64,000 nt of DNA from Flavobacteriales bacterium (GTDB lineage: Bacteria > Bacteroidota > Bacteroidia > Flavobacteriales_C > CBFIFL01). The DNA lies in assembly GCA_965661855.1 (NCBI GenBank), contig CBFIFL010000002.1, positions 8,270 through 72,269 on the forward strand, given 5' to 3'. Shown here piece by piece: positions 9,326-18,648 of this stretch (within the stretch, counting starts at the first letter, position 1; the number at the start of each line of letters is the position of its first letter). Position numbers and translations under genes: made by a program. The notes beneath the pieces were generated by a model. The model ran no database searches and had not been told where the DNA came from. It was given only the letters and a program-made list of their open reading frames with translations.

Positions 9326-10078
9326 ATGATTAAAGACATAATTGAAATAGCTAAAAATGCAGGTGATGCGATTTTAGAAGTATATAAAGATGCTGATTTA
9401 TCAAACGTAGTGGACTTCAAAGGAGATGATTCTCCATTGACATTAGCTGACAATGCTTCGAATGATGTGATTGTTAAAGCATTAGAACTTCAGTTTCCTG
9501 ATATCCCGGTGATGTCTGAAGAAATGACTCAGGCTCCTTATGAGACGAGAAAGAATTGGACAAAGTTTTTCTGTGTTGATCCTTTAGATGGAACGAAAGA
9601 GTTTATCAAAAAGAATGGAGAATTCACTGTTAACATCGCTTTGATTGAAAATGGTTTGCCAGTTTTGGGTGTAATCTACGTTCCTGTAACTGATGTAACA
9701 TACGCTGGATCTTCAGCAGGGGCAATTAAAATTGAAGGAGATAAGGAAGTTAAGATCCAGATAAATAATAAATCTTCAGAAAGAATTGCGGTGAGATCTA
9801 AATCTCATGCCGCAGCAGAAGAGGAGGTATTATTAGAGAAGTACAATGTTACAGACACCATCTCAGTTGGTAGCTCTTTGAAGTTTTGTATGGTTGCAGA
9901 GGGTAAAGCGGATATCTATTATCGTCACGGACCTACGATGGAATGGGATACTGCAGCAGGACAAGCAGTGGTTCAAGCAGCGGGAGGAAAGGTTTTTCAA
10001 GGAGATCAAGAAAATGATTTGTTCACTTACAATAAGGAGAATCTTTTAAATGGAAGTTTCTTAGTATTAGGGTTTTAA
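9326..10078 (+). CDS. cysQ: 3'(2'),5'-bisphosphate nucleotidase CysQ
   Basis: SPLTLAD, SEE, VDPLDGTKEFIK, GSSLKFC, EWDTAAGQAV. Confidence 0.93.
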   Translation: MIKDIIEIAKNAGDAILEVYKDADLSNVVDFKGDDSPLTLADNASNDVIVKALELQFPDIPVMSEEMTQAPYETRKNWTKFFCVDPLDGTKEFIKKNGEFTVNIALIENGLPVLGVIYVPVTDVTYAGSSAGAIKIEGDKEVKIQINNKSSERIAVRSKSHAAAEEEVLLEKYNVTDTISVGSSLKFCMVAEGKADIYYRHGPTMEWDTAAGQAVVQAAGGKVFQGDQENDLFTYNKENLLNGSFLVLGF

Positions 10079-10094
10079 TTACTAAATTGATAAG

Positions 10095-11087
10095 ATGAAA
10101 AGCATAGTATTAGGAGGTTTTATTACTTTGAGTTTATTGGCTTGTTCTGATGACGACAGCCTTAATTCTGGAGGAACAGATGATTCTACGGATAATTCAG
10201 GAGATACAAATAGTGATTGTGTAGCTCAACACGAAGTAGATCAAACGCGTGGAGCTTGTGATGAAACATTATCTTGGTCTAGTTCTTTTTCATCAGTTGA
10301 GCAGAATGGGAATAGGGTAATTACTGCTAATTCGATTCCTGATCATATGGTTGGATTATTTGGAAACAGTCAAGGAGCTTTAAATCCAAATGCAATTTCA
10401 GAGCAATCTGAATCTTACACGATTGATTTAGACCCGAGTGAGGCGAGCTCATTTACTCCTTTATTATCAACTACGGGTACAGGGCCAAATGCTGGACCTC
10501 AATATGCTTTTGGAATTTTGTTTAGTGGTGTGGAGTTAGATCCTGTAGCTGCTGAGCCATTTCCGCATGAAGGGATGTTTGCAGCTGATGTTAATTGGGA
10601 ATGGAATTTAGAAGCTTTAAATGTGAATTTAGGTTTGGATTGTAATAGTGCACATGTTCAACCAACTGGGAAATATCATTATCACGGTAAACCTACACTG
10701 TATTTAGAGTCTTTAAATATTTCTACAACAATAATGACTTTGATTGGTTATGCTGCGGATGGGTTTCCAATCTATTATAAATACGCTTACAGTACATCAA
10801 GTGATGCAAATTCAAATGTGGTGGAAATGACTTCAAGTTATCAGTTGAAATCTGGTGATCGTCCTGGCGATGGAGAAACAGCTCCATGTGGATCTTATGA
10901 CGGAGTATATTCGAATGATTATGAGTTTGTTTCTGGATTGGGAGATTTAGATGAGGCGAATGGTAGAAATGGAGTGACTCCAGAGTATCCAAACGGAACA
11001 TATTACTACATCATAACAGATGCTTTTCCTAGCATCCCGAGATATTTCAGAGGTACACCAAGTGAAGATTTTAAAATAGGAGCTTAA
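10095..11087 (+). CDS. YHYH domain lipoprotein
   Basis: Lipobox LLAC; AHVQPTGKYHYHG; IGYAADGFPIY; GDLDEANGR...YYY. Confidence 0.85.
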   Translation: MKSIVLGGFITLSLLACSDDDSLNSGGTDDSTDNSGDTNSDCVAQHEVDQTRGACDETLSWSSSFSSVEQNGNRVITANSIPDHMVGLFGNSQGALNPNAISEQSESYTIDLDPSEASSFTPLLSTTGTGPNAGPQYAFGILFSGVELDPVAAEPFPHEGMFAADVNWEWNLEALNVNLGLDCNSAHVQPTGKYHYHGKPTLYLESLNISTTIMTLIGYAADGFPIYYKYAYSTSSDANSNVVEMTSSYQLKSGDRPGDGETAPCGSYDGVYSNDYEFVSGLGDLDEANGRNGVTPEYPNGTYYYIITDAFPSIPRYFRGTPSEDFKIGA

Positions 11088-11663
11088 GTGAAGTTTTTTT
11101 GGCTTTTCATATTGACTTCTTTTATCTCATTCGGACATGAGGACGACGAAGCTTACTACACCATTCAACAAGACGGTAATAAGGTTCAAGTTCAGGCTAC
11201 TTTTCCATGGACCTTAAGAAATGAATTATTGGATTTTGATGAGAGTTTGGTAAATGCACAGAGTCAGGAGTCTTTTGTAAATGTGTTAAACGATTATGTC
11301 GCACAAAAATTTAAATTCTATTCTGCATCTGATAGCTCCGAATTGTTAGATATAATTGAAAAACCTACCATTGGGTTTAGCTCAGCTGATTTTGAGTTCA
11401 ATTTTGAATTGAAAGGAATAGTTGAGTCGTTTAAGAATGAAATGATGTTGAATGTTTATCCAAAACAACAAAACATCCATACCTTCTTAAACTCCACTTT
11501 CGTTTCTGCAGATAGTCTTTTAATCAGTAGTAGACAGTTGCCTAAGATTTACTTAAAGCCTGAGGAAAAGCGTAAGCAAAATTTCTATTGGGTTGTTGGA
11601 GTTGTGGTGTCATTTGGTATTGCGATTTACCAATCGAAAAAGAAAAAAACTAGTACTGACTAG
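11088..11663 (+). CDS. Hypothetical exported protein with C-terminal membrane anchor
   Basis: GTG start directly after the YHYH stop; signal peptide followed by His; C-terminal TM and KKKK tail. Confidence 0.65.
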   Translation: MKFFWLFILTSFISFGHEDDEAYYTIQQDGNKVQVQATFPWTLRNELLDFDESLVNAQSQESFVNVLNDYVAQKFKFYSASDSSELLDIIEKPTIGFSSADFEFNFELKGIVESFKNEMMLNVYPKQQNIHTFLNSTFVSADSLLISSRQLPKIYLKPEEKRKQNFYWVVGVVVSFGIAIYQSKKKKTSTD

Positions 11664-12738
11664 ACTTAATTTGTCTTTTCATTTCCTTAGCTTTCTTTTT
11701 ATAGAATCCTCCCGAATCAATGATAATATCAAGAAGATTGATAGTCTGTGCAATTTCACCTTTTTTGTAATGAGATTTAGCTAAATACCATTCAGCTTCT
11801 TGTAAAAACACATTGATATTGTCTTCTGCAACAGCTTGTAAAAACTCAATAGTTTTATCATAATCTTTCAATTTATAACAGCTTAAGGCACTATAGAATT
11901 TAGCATTTAAGTCTTCAGGATAATGACTTAATACTTTGTCAAAGTGATGAATAGCTAAGTAGTAATCTCTGATGTAGAAAGCTTCCAGACCTGCCTGTAA
12001 AACATCATCAACGCTCAACTGCTTTGCATTCTTTTTTATTAATTGTTGCTCTTCCGTTGAAGCGTACTCAGATTGTAATCCTTCAACAGGCTTTCTTTCT
12101 TTTAAATATTGATTAAAGTAGTCAACTACCTTAAACTGAAGAATGTACTTTACAGGATGGTTCTCCATTATCTTAAGTTTCCTTGGAACAAAATGAATCT
12201 TAGGAGATTTTATTTTAGGGAGAATAATGATTTTTCTTTCTAATCTTTCCTTTTTGTCCTGCACACTAGGGGTAAAATCGATAGCTTCAGTCAGAGAAAC
12301 AGTAGATTCTGAATGTTCACTTAAAGTTTGTTTAATGGCTTTTATTTCAATCGCCTTTTTTGTTCGGATTTCATTAAGTACATAGTCTTCAGTGAAAGGA
12401 GATGCAACTTTATGTTTTACTTCAGTTTGGGCAAAGAATAGAAAGGCAATTATCCCTAATGATGATAGAATAAAGGCAACGGTTTGACTTATGTTTGTTG
12501 AGTCCTTAAAATGGCTTTTACTGACTATGCTTTTTAAATGATCCCAATCTATTTTCCCTAATGAATCGGATCCTTGGAGATCACCAATTTCATCACCAAA
12601 TTCATCCAGGCTAATCCATTTCTCAACCTTATAATGATCTGAAGCATTTAGCTCTCCGGAAAAATACTTTTGCAGCATATCTGCATCAGGATTCCAGTCA
12701 GAATTATTTGATTTTATATGTTGATAGAGCTCCTTCAT
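11650..12738 (-). CDS. Putative anti-sigma factor with single TM and C-terminal TPR repeats
   Basis: ATGA overlap with the ECF sigma gene; N-terminal LQKYFSGEL...VEKW; TM; TPR-like YLAIHHFDKVL, AEWYLA. Confidence 0.7.
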   Translation of the reverse strand: MKELYQHIKSNNSDWNPDADMLQKYFSGELNASDHYKVEKWISLDEFGDEIGDLQGSDSLGKIDWDHLKSIVSKSHFKDSTNISQTVAFILSSLGIIAFLFFAQTEVKHKVASPFTEDYVLNEIRTKKAIEIKAIKQTLSEHSESTVSLTEAIDFTPSVQDKKERLERKIIILPKIKSPKIHFVPRKLKIMENHPVKYILQFKVVDYFNQYLKERKPVEGLQSEYASTEEQQLIKKNAKQLSVDDVLQAGLEAFYIRDYYLAIHHFDKVLSHYPEDLNAKFYSALSCYKLKDYDKTIEFLQAVAEDNINVFLQEAEWYLAKSHYKKGEIAQTINLLDIIIDSGGFYKKKAKEMKRQIKSSQY

Positions 12739-13256
12739 GCTTTATTCATACAGATTTTTAAATTCCTTTTTGCATTTTGCAGGTAGGATTTAATGTTTTT
12801 AAATGAGAAGCCAGTTTCACTTTCGATTTCTTGATACTTCATTCCTTTCTTAAAGAACATTTGAACACATTCTCTTTGTTCTTGACTTAACTGAGCCATA
12901 CAATAATCTAATCGTTCAAATTCCTCTTCTTCTTTATCGAAGTCTTTTACCTCTTCTGTTTCCACAAACTTGTCTTCAAACTCAACAGATATAGATTTTC
13001 GATCTCTTAAATACATTAGACATGCATTTCTACTTACCTGCATTAGCCAAGATTTAAAGTTTTTAATATCGAACCTAAAAACATCTTTCATAACCTTGAT
13101 AAATATGTCAGTGGTTAAATCTTGAGCTTGAGCATTGTCCTTTGCGTACTTCATGCAAACCAAATAAACGAGATGATAATATTTTTTATAAAGCTCACTA
13201 AAAGCTTTATCATCTTTATTCGTTATATATTTATGCAAAAGTTCTTTATCAGACAT
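12735..13256 (-). CDS. ECF-type RNA polymerase sigma factor
   Basis: Region 2 AFSELYKKY..AQDL..DIFIK..FKSWL..RNACL; region 4 LSQEQRECV..YQEI..IKSYLQNAKRNL. Confidence 0.92.
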   Translation of the reverse strand: MSDKELLHKYITNKDDKAFSELYKKYYHLVYLVCMKYAKDNAQAQDLTTDIFIKVMKDVFRFDIKNFKSWLMQVSRNACLMYLRDRKSISVEFEDKFVETEEVKDFDKEEEEFERLDYCMAQLSQEQRECVQMFFKKGMKYQEIESETGFSFKNIKSYLQNAKRNLKICMNKA

Positions 13257-13304
13257 TTAGTGCCGTTTGTTTAAGAAGATGCAATAACCTAAAAAATTCC
13301 ACAA

Positions 13305-14075
13305 ATGAAAAAACATATTTTATTAATTGCTCTTTTGATTAGTTCTGCAGCCATCGTTAATGCACAGGAAACAGATATTGATGATTATGATTTTCATACT
13401 GAATCAAGAGGGAAGAGCAAAGGGAATTGGTTTCCAAATGTTCAAGGTTTGAAGCTGAAGTATGGTAATGCATTCAATAATGATGATTATTCTGTTTTTT
13501 CAAATCAGTTAAGTGAATCGCATAATTTAGAATCAAGCCATTTTACAAAAGCTTTCGGTTTAGAACTATGGGTGATGAAGGGTTTTGGATTTGAATATGG
13601 ATCTAATAGATTAAAAGAGACAACTTACTCTAGTTTGAATGAAAATTTAAGCATTTCTTCGAACTGGAATACATTTGCTATTCACAAAGCATTATTATAT
13701 AAGAAGAAGTTTTTGAGCTCTATTGGGGTGGCATATATGAATAGAAATACGAGTTTCTTTTTAAGTGATGCGAATCCAGTAAATCCAACAGATATTTTTA
13801 GTGGAAATTATAATAGTACTAAGATTTCAGAAATTAGAAGTGAAATAGGCATTTCCTTAGCTTTTAATTATACAGTGGTGGGGAAGAGATTGGAAGGATT
13901 TACTTTTTATCTAAAACCATCTTTGGTTTTGCCGATTGGAGAGAGTGACTTCGATAGTCTGGGTAATAATCTCGTAGGAGTTCAAAGCAACCAGAATCCA
14001 TATTTGACAGTTGATTTTGGACTTGGATTAGGTGTTATGAAAAGAAGAAGATTGGATCGAGGTCTTCGATTCTAA
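13305..14075 (+). CDS. Hypothetical exported protein, probably an outer-membrane beta-barrel
   Basis: Signal peptide; alternating amphipathic strands (FGLELW, IGISLAFNY, LTVDFGLGL). Confidence 0.6.
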   Translation: MKKHILLIALLISSAAIVNAQETDIDDYDFHTESRGKSKGNWFPNVQGLKLKYGNAFNNDDYSVFSNQLSESHNLESSHFTKAFGLELWVMKGFGFEYGSNRLKETTYSSLNENLSISSNWNTFAIHKALLYKKKFLSSIGVAYMNRNTSFFLSDANPVNPTDIFSGNYNSTKISEIRSEIGISLAFNYTVVGKRLEGFTFYLKPSLVLPIGESDFDSLGNNLVGVQSNQNPYLTVDFGLGLGVMKRRRLDRGLRF

Positions 14076-14187
14076 ATTAAAGCGTTTAGAGGCCCATTAT
14101 TGAATCTATTAACATAGACTTCATTTTACATTGACTATCTAATAACCAATAGGCTTATTATACTGCTTAGATTTGTGTTGTAATAAG

Positions 14188-14568
14188 ATGCAGATGAAAG
14201 TGGTAATTATAGATGATGAGCAGGATGTCCTGGATTTGGTCAAGTATTATTTTGATCAGAAAGGAGTAGAGGTGTTTTCATTTGTAAAGAGTGAGGAAGG
14301 TATTCAAGCAATCAAAGAAATTAAGCCAGATATTGTTATTACAGATTGGCTAATGCCAGTATTTGATGGTAAGGAAATATTGACTAGGTTAAAAGCAGAT
14401 CAGGATACACAGCATATTCCAGTAATTATGCTTAGTTGCATGACTGACTTTATGGAAATAAGTTCGCTATTCTCTATTGGTTTAGCTGATTATTTAGTGA
14501 AGCCTATCAATATGAAAAGGTTGTTTGATATTGTAATAGACCATCATCAGGAAAGCTTAATAGCTTAA
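14188..14568 (+). CDS. Single-domain response regulator (CheY-like)
   Basis: IIDDE, PDIVITDWLMP, IPVIMLS, DYLVKP. Confidence 0.9.
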   Translation: MQMKVVIIDDEQDVLDLVKYYFDQKGVEVFSFVKSEEGIQAIKEIKPDIVITDWLMPVFDGKEILTRLKADQDTQHIPVIMLSCMTDFMEISSLFSIGLADYLVKPINMKRLFDIVIDHHQESLIA

Positions 14569-14620
14569 AAAAAGAAAGTCGTTCTTCATAGTTATAGATC
14601 AATCGATCAAGTTAGGTTAG

Positions 14621-14650
14621 AAGAGGCTGTCTCGTTGAGATGGCCTTTTT
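14621..14650. terminator. Intrinsic terminator between convergent genes
   Basis: aagaggctgtctc-gtt-gagatggccttttt hairpin with T-run. Confidence 0.7.
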
Positions 14651-14656
14651 GTTGTC

Positions 14657-17170
14657 CTAAAATCTACCTATAACTTTAAGATTGATTAATCGATTGGTTA
14701 AGAAGTTTGGAACTGCATAACGGTTGCTGTAAACATCGTCAACCCAGAAGTAGGAGATCGTATTTTGAATGGCAAGAAGATTAAAGACTTCAAACTTAAT
14801 ACTGAAATTATGGAAAGGCTTGAAGATAGAAGCGTTGGAGATTGGTTTCAATCCTGTTCGACCAACAAACTTTGCATTTTCTACAATTTGATAAGCGAAA
14901 CCAATATCAACTCTTCTGTACGCTGGCATTCGATATGTATGCAGTGCTTTAGGGGTATTAGGTGCTCCAAAAGGTAAACGGCTTCCGTAGATTAAGTTTA
15001 AGTGTACGGTAAGTGCTGGTAATTTAGGCATGTGATCAGAAAAGAATATTCCAAAGTTGACTCTTTGATCGGTAGGACGAGGAATAAATCCTGGTGAAAA
15101 TAAGGTGCTATCACCCAAGCCTGCAGAGTTAACAATGCTAGTGTCTCCATCTGGGTTGTGGTATAAGTAATAATCGTCATTACTTATGTTTTCTTCTGTT
15201 TTTAATACGCCAATCGAAAACCAAGAATCCATTCCTGGAATAAATTCTCCGTAAACTTTAGACTCAATTCCAGCGGTATATCCTTTTGAACTATTTTCAG
15301 CATAATAGCGAATTCTCACATTATCTACTTCGTATGGAATTAAGTTGTATAAATGCTTGTAATACATACTTGCTGTCCATTTGAAGTCTTTGTTCCACAT
15401 TTGGAAATAGTATTCAGAACTTGCAACGAAGTGAATAGAAGACTGAGCTCTTATGTCAGGGTTTACTTGTCCTTGTAAGTTTCTTAATTCACGGTAGAAA
15501 GGAGGTTGTTGGTAGGAACCAACTGAAAAACGGAGACTCCAAAATAAGGTGTCATTTTTTAAAGTAGGACTAAAGGTAAAGCTTGCTCTTGGACTCAAAA
15601 TCGTTTGATTGTTGTAATCCCAGTGATTAGCTCTAAGTCCAAAAGTTAAAAAGTTTCCTTTACTAAACTCATGTTCCCATTCTGCAAAAGCCATTAATCG
15701 ATTAGATCGAAGAGCGACTTTACTTTGAATGGATTCGGATAAGATTAAATCGTTGTTATCAGCTAAAGGAAGCGAGTATCCAGCAGAGTCTAAAAGCGTC
15801 CATTCATTGATCTTATCATTGATTTCCTCATGTTGTGCATTTACCCCCCATATTAAATGATCCTTTTCAAAGTGATTAGTTCCTTTTATAGAAAGAGAAC
15901 TTACGCTGGCATCTAAGAAATTACGTGAATGATCCAATAAAGCCCCTGTTCCTATAGTATAGGTTGTTTCTCCAAAGTTGTCTTGACCAAAATTTGTTTC
16001 TAAGTCACTTAAGAAATATTCACCTGCTATATCAAAAGTTTCTTCTTCGACTGTTTGAAAAGCAGAGGCAATAATTTTTAAAGTGAATCGCTCATTAATT
16101 ATATGGTCAGAACTTACAGCGCCAAAGTAAGTGGTAAATCGATCTCTTTCTTGTCCGTCAAAATAAACTCTCAAATTAATTGCTTGCTGAAACATTCCAA
16201 AGTTGGTGGATCTTGACTCTGGACGCATATTGAATTGATTGTCTGAAACATTACCTAAAAAAGAGATTTTCCAGTTACCCCTTATTTGGTAGTTTAAAAA
16301 AGTTTGAAAATCTAAAAACTGTGGAGTGTATTCACCATCCGTATCCAATCCTCCAAGCAGATAAGCATTGGATTTGTATCGAGCTCCAAAAATGTAGTTG
16401 AATCGTTTAGATTCTGATGCATTTTCAAAATGTAATCGACCTCCTAATAAGCTTGCAGAAAAAGATCCGGCAAGACTATCTGGTGTTTTGTATTTGATAT
16501 CCAGGACTGAAGAAAGTTTATCTCCATATTTCGCGCTAAATCCTCCTGCAGAAAAGTTTATGTTTTCAATCAAATCAGGGTTAACGAAACTAAGTCCCTC
16601 TTGTCGACCAGATCTTACCAAAAACGGACGATAAATTTGGATGTCGTTTACATAGACTAAGTTTTCATCGAAATTCCCACCTCGTACAGAGTATTGTGAA
16701 CTAAACTCATTGTTTTGACTAACACTTGGTTCAGTGAATAAAACAGCCTCAGCGTTATCGTTACTTAAGCTTTGGTTTAAATGTTTTTTGTCTATTTGAA
16801 TTTCTCCTTTATTGACTTTCTTTTTCGGAGCTCGTATAATAACGGTTCCAAGGTTTTGGCTTTTATTACTTAATTGAAACGTTAAATACTTCTTTTCTTT
16901 AGGATTTAACTTGATGCTTTGTGAAAGAGCTTGATGTGAAATATGACTTACAAATACTTGAAGAGCTTTGTTTGCATCAGCTTCCAGGGAGAATTTCCCT
17001 TTTTTAGTACTAATCGTTTGATTTATTACTTGACCTTTGTAAAGAATTTCTATTCGTGCATCAGGCAGAGGAGTGGAGTCATTACTTAATATTATTCCTT
17101 GAACCAGTCCTGTTTGTCCGAAAGACAATAAGAATCCTGTTAATAGAAGAAAAGTAATTAAGTATCTCAT
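14657..17170 (-). CDS. TonB-dependent receptor
   Basis: Signal peptide; plug QYSVRGGNFDENLVYVND, FSAGGFSAKYGDKLSSVLDI; terminal Phe. Confidence 0.88.
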   Translation of the reverse strand: MRYLITFLLLTGFLLSFGQTGLVQGIILSNDSTPLPDARIEILYKGQVINQTISTKKGKFSLEADANKALQVFVSHISHQALSQSIKLNPKEKKYLTFQLSNKSQNLGTVIIRAPKKKVNKGEIQIDKKHLNQSLSNDNAEAVLFTEPSVSQNNEFSSQYSVRGGNFDENLVYVNDIQIYRPFLVRSGRQEGLSFVNPDLIENINFSAGGFSAKYGDKLSSVLDIKYKTPDSLAGSFSASLLGGRLHFENASESKRFNYIFGARYKSNAYLLGGLDTDGEYTPQFLDFQTFLNYQIRGNWKISFLGNVSDNQFNMRPESRSTNFGMFQQAINLRVYFDGQERDRFTTYFGAVSSDHIINERFTLKIIASAFQTVEEETFDIAGEYFLSDLETNFGQDNFGETTYTIGTGALLDHSRNFLDASVSSLSIKGTNHFEKDHLIWGVNAQHEEINDKINEWTLLDSAGYSLPLADNNDLILSESIQSKVALRSNRLMAFAEWEHEFSKGNFLTFGLRANHWDYNNQTILSPRASFTFSPTLKNDTLFWSLRFSVGSYQQPPFYRELRNLQGQVNPDIRAQSSIHFVASSEYYFQMWNKDFKWTASMYYKHLYNLIPYEVDNVRIRYYAENSSKGYTAGIESKVYGEFIPGMDSWFSIGVLKTEENISNDDYYLYHNPDGDTSIVNSAGLGDSTLFSPGFIPRPTDQRVNFGIFFSDHMPKLPALTVHLNLIYGSRLPFGAPNTPKALHTYRMPAYRRVDIGFAYQIVENAKFVGRTGLKPISNASIFKPFHNFSIKFEVFNLLAIQNTISYFWVDDVYSNRYAVPNFLTNRLINLKVIGRF

Positions 17171-17796
17171 TATTCTTTAAAATCTCCATTTCTCCATGAA
17201 GAAATGAATTCAGCCCAAGCACCAGGGTTTAACAAATTGTTTGGTGGAATTTGTCCGATGTAGTATAACTTACTTTGGTATTCCTTCATTTGGAACTTGT
17301 AGCTTAAACTAGCATCAGGTGTTTGACTTATGTTTGGATCAATTTGAGCAATTTTTTCAAGGTTGTCTTGTGCTCTGTCTAGGTCAGATTTGGGAACTTT
17401 AATATCCTTAAAAATCTTTTTGAACTGATCGTAGGTTGGCCAAGGTTTGATTGTTAATTCATCCAGCTTAACTGTGTCAGGCTCAATAATGTGAATTAAC
17501 GAGTAATTAATCAAATTTAAAGTGTCAGGTAATTTATAAGCTGAAGTTTTATAACCAATTGATGTAAAAACTAGTGAATCACCAGGGTGTGCAGGAAAAG
17601 AGAAGAATCCTGAGTACGATGTTATGTGTCCTTTATGTGAACTCACGTTATAGACATTTGCGTAAGAGACAGCTTGTAAAGAGTCTCCAGAAACCAATAC
17701 ACCAGATAACTGAATAACATCATCCTTATCTAATTGATCTTGAGCAGATAGATTAGTAAGAAATAGTAGACTTAAAATAATGATAACAGTTCTCAT
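17170..17796 (-). CDS. Carboxypeptidase-regulatory-like domain protein
   Basis: Signal peptide; IQLSGVLV..YANV..GFFSF..GDSLVFTSIGYK; stop overlaps the TBDT start. Confidence 0.8.
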   Translation of the reverse strand: MRTVIIILSLLFLTNLSAQDQLDKDDVIQLSGVLVSGDSLQAVSYANVYNVSSHKGHITSYSGFFSFPAHPGDSLVFTSIGYKTSAYKLPDTLNLINYSLIHIIEPDTVKLDELTIKPWPTYDQFKKIFKDIKVPKSDLDRAQDNLEKIAQIDPNISQTPDASLSYKFQMKEYQSKLYYIGQIPPNNLLNPGAWAEFISSWRNGDFKE

Positions 17797-18046
17797 ATGT
17801 GTAAAGTTACTATAAAACTCTAATTGAAGCTCTTAGCTGCGTTCAATAAAACGGAAGTTTAAGCGGATTATTACAGAACAACAAAACTCACATTTTCATG
17901 TTGATATCTATAGGAGTGTAAACTGAATTTAGAAAAAGATTCATCCGTAAATTATGGATGTAAGTCGATTGAATTGGGTGTTTAATCGATGGAATAAAGA
18001 ATCAGGTAAAAAACTAAGGTAAATTAAGGGTAGAAAATTGGGGGGT

Positions 18047-18589
18047 ATGGAAAAGCAAGAAAAGTCGTTGAGAGAGAAGTTACATGCTTTGGGAAAGAGT
18101 TATTTGAAGGTGTTTTTAGTAGATTATGACTTCATGTATTTAAAAACCATGAAACATCAATTAAACCACGTGTTTAGTGGGAAGATTCAGGTTGAAACGT
18201 TTTTGTCTGGAGCAGATTGTTTAGAATCAATGCATTTGAATCCAGATGTTGTGGTTATCGATCACTTTTTAGATGAAGACGATAAGGGGATGACAGGTTT
18301 AGATTACTTGAATAAGATTAAGAAAGGATTCAAGGAAGTTGAAGTTATTATGATATCAGCAACCAATGACATCCGATTAGCAGCATACTCACTTCGTAAA
18401 GGAGCTATAGGTTTTGTAGATAAAAGCAAGAATGCAATGTCAAGCTTGCTACAAAATATTCAGAAAGCAATCTATAAGATGGCTAAGAATAAAGAAAATA
18501 AAGACACTAAAAATTTCAGAATTGTTTTAGGAGCAAGGATTGGAGTGATCTTGGTAAGACTTACTTTAATGAATGGACTAGGGGTCTAA
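18047..18589 (+). CDS. Response regulator receiver protein with C-terminal hydrophobic tail
   Basis: VFLVD, PDVVVIDHFL, VIMISA, GAIGFVDK. Confidence 0.8.
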   Translation: MEKQEKSLREKLHALGKSYLKVFLVDYDFMYLKTMKHQLNHVFSGKIQVETFLSGADCLESMHLNPDVVVIDHFLDEDDKGMTGLDYLNKIKKGFKEVEVIMISATNDIRLAAYSLRKGAIGFVDKSKNAMSSLLQNIQKAIYKMAKNKENKDTKNFRIVLGARIGVILVRLTLMNGLGV

Positions 18590-18590
18590 A

Positions 18591-18629
18591 AAAAAAGGAG
18601 TAGTTGAATCAATCAACTACTCCTTTTTT
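18591..18629. terminator. Bidirectional intrinsic terminator
   Basis: aaaaaaggagtagttga-atcaa-tcaactactcctttttt perfect hairpin between convergent genes. Confidence 0.85.
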
Positions 18630-18648
18630 ATTTTTACTGAAGACTTAC

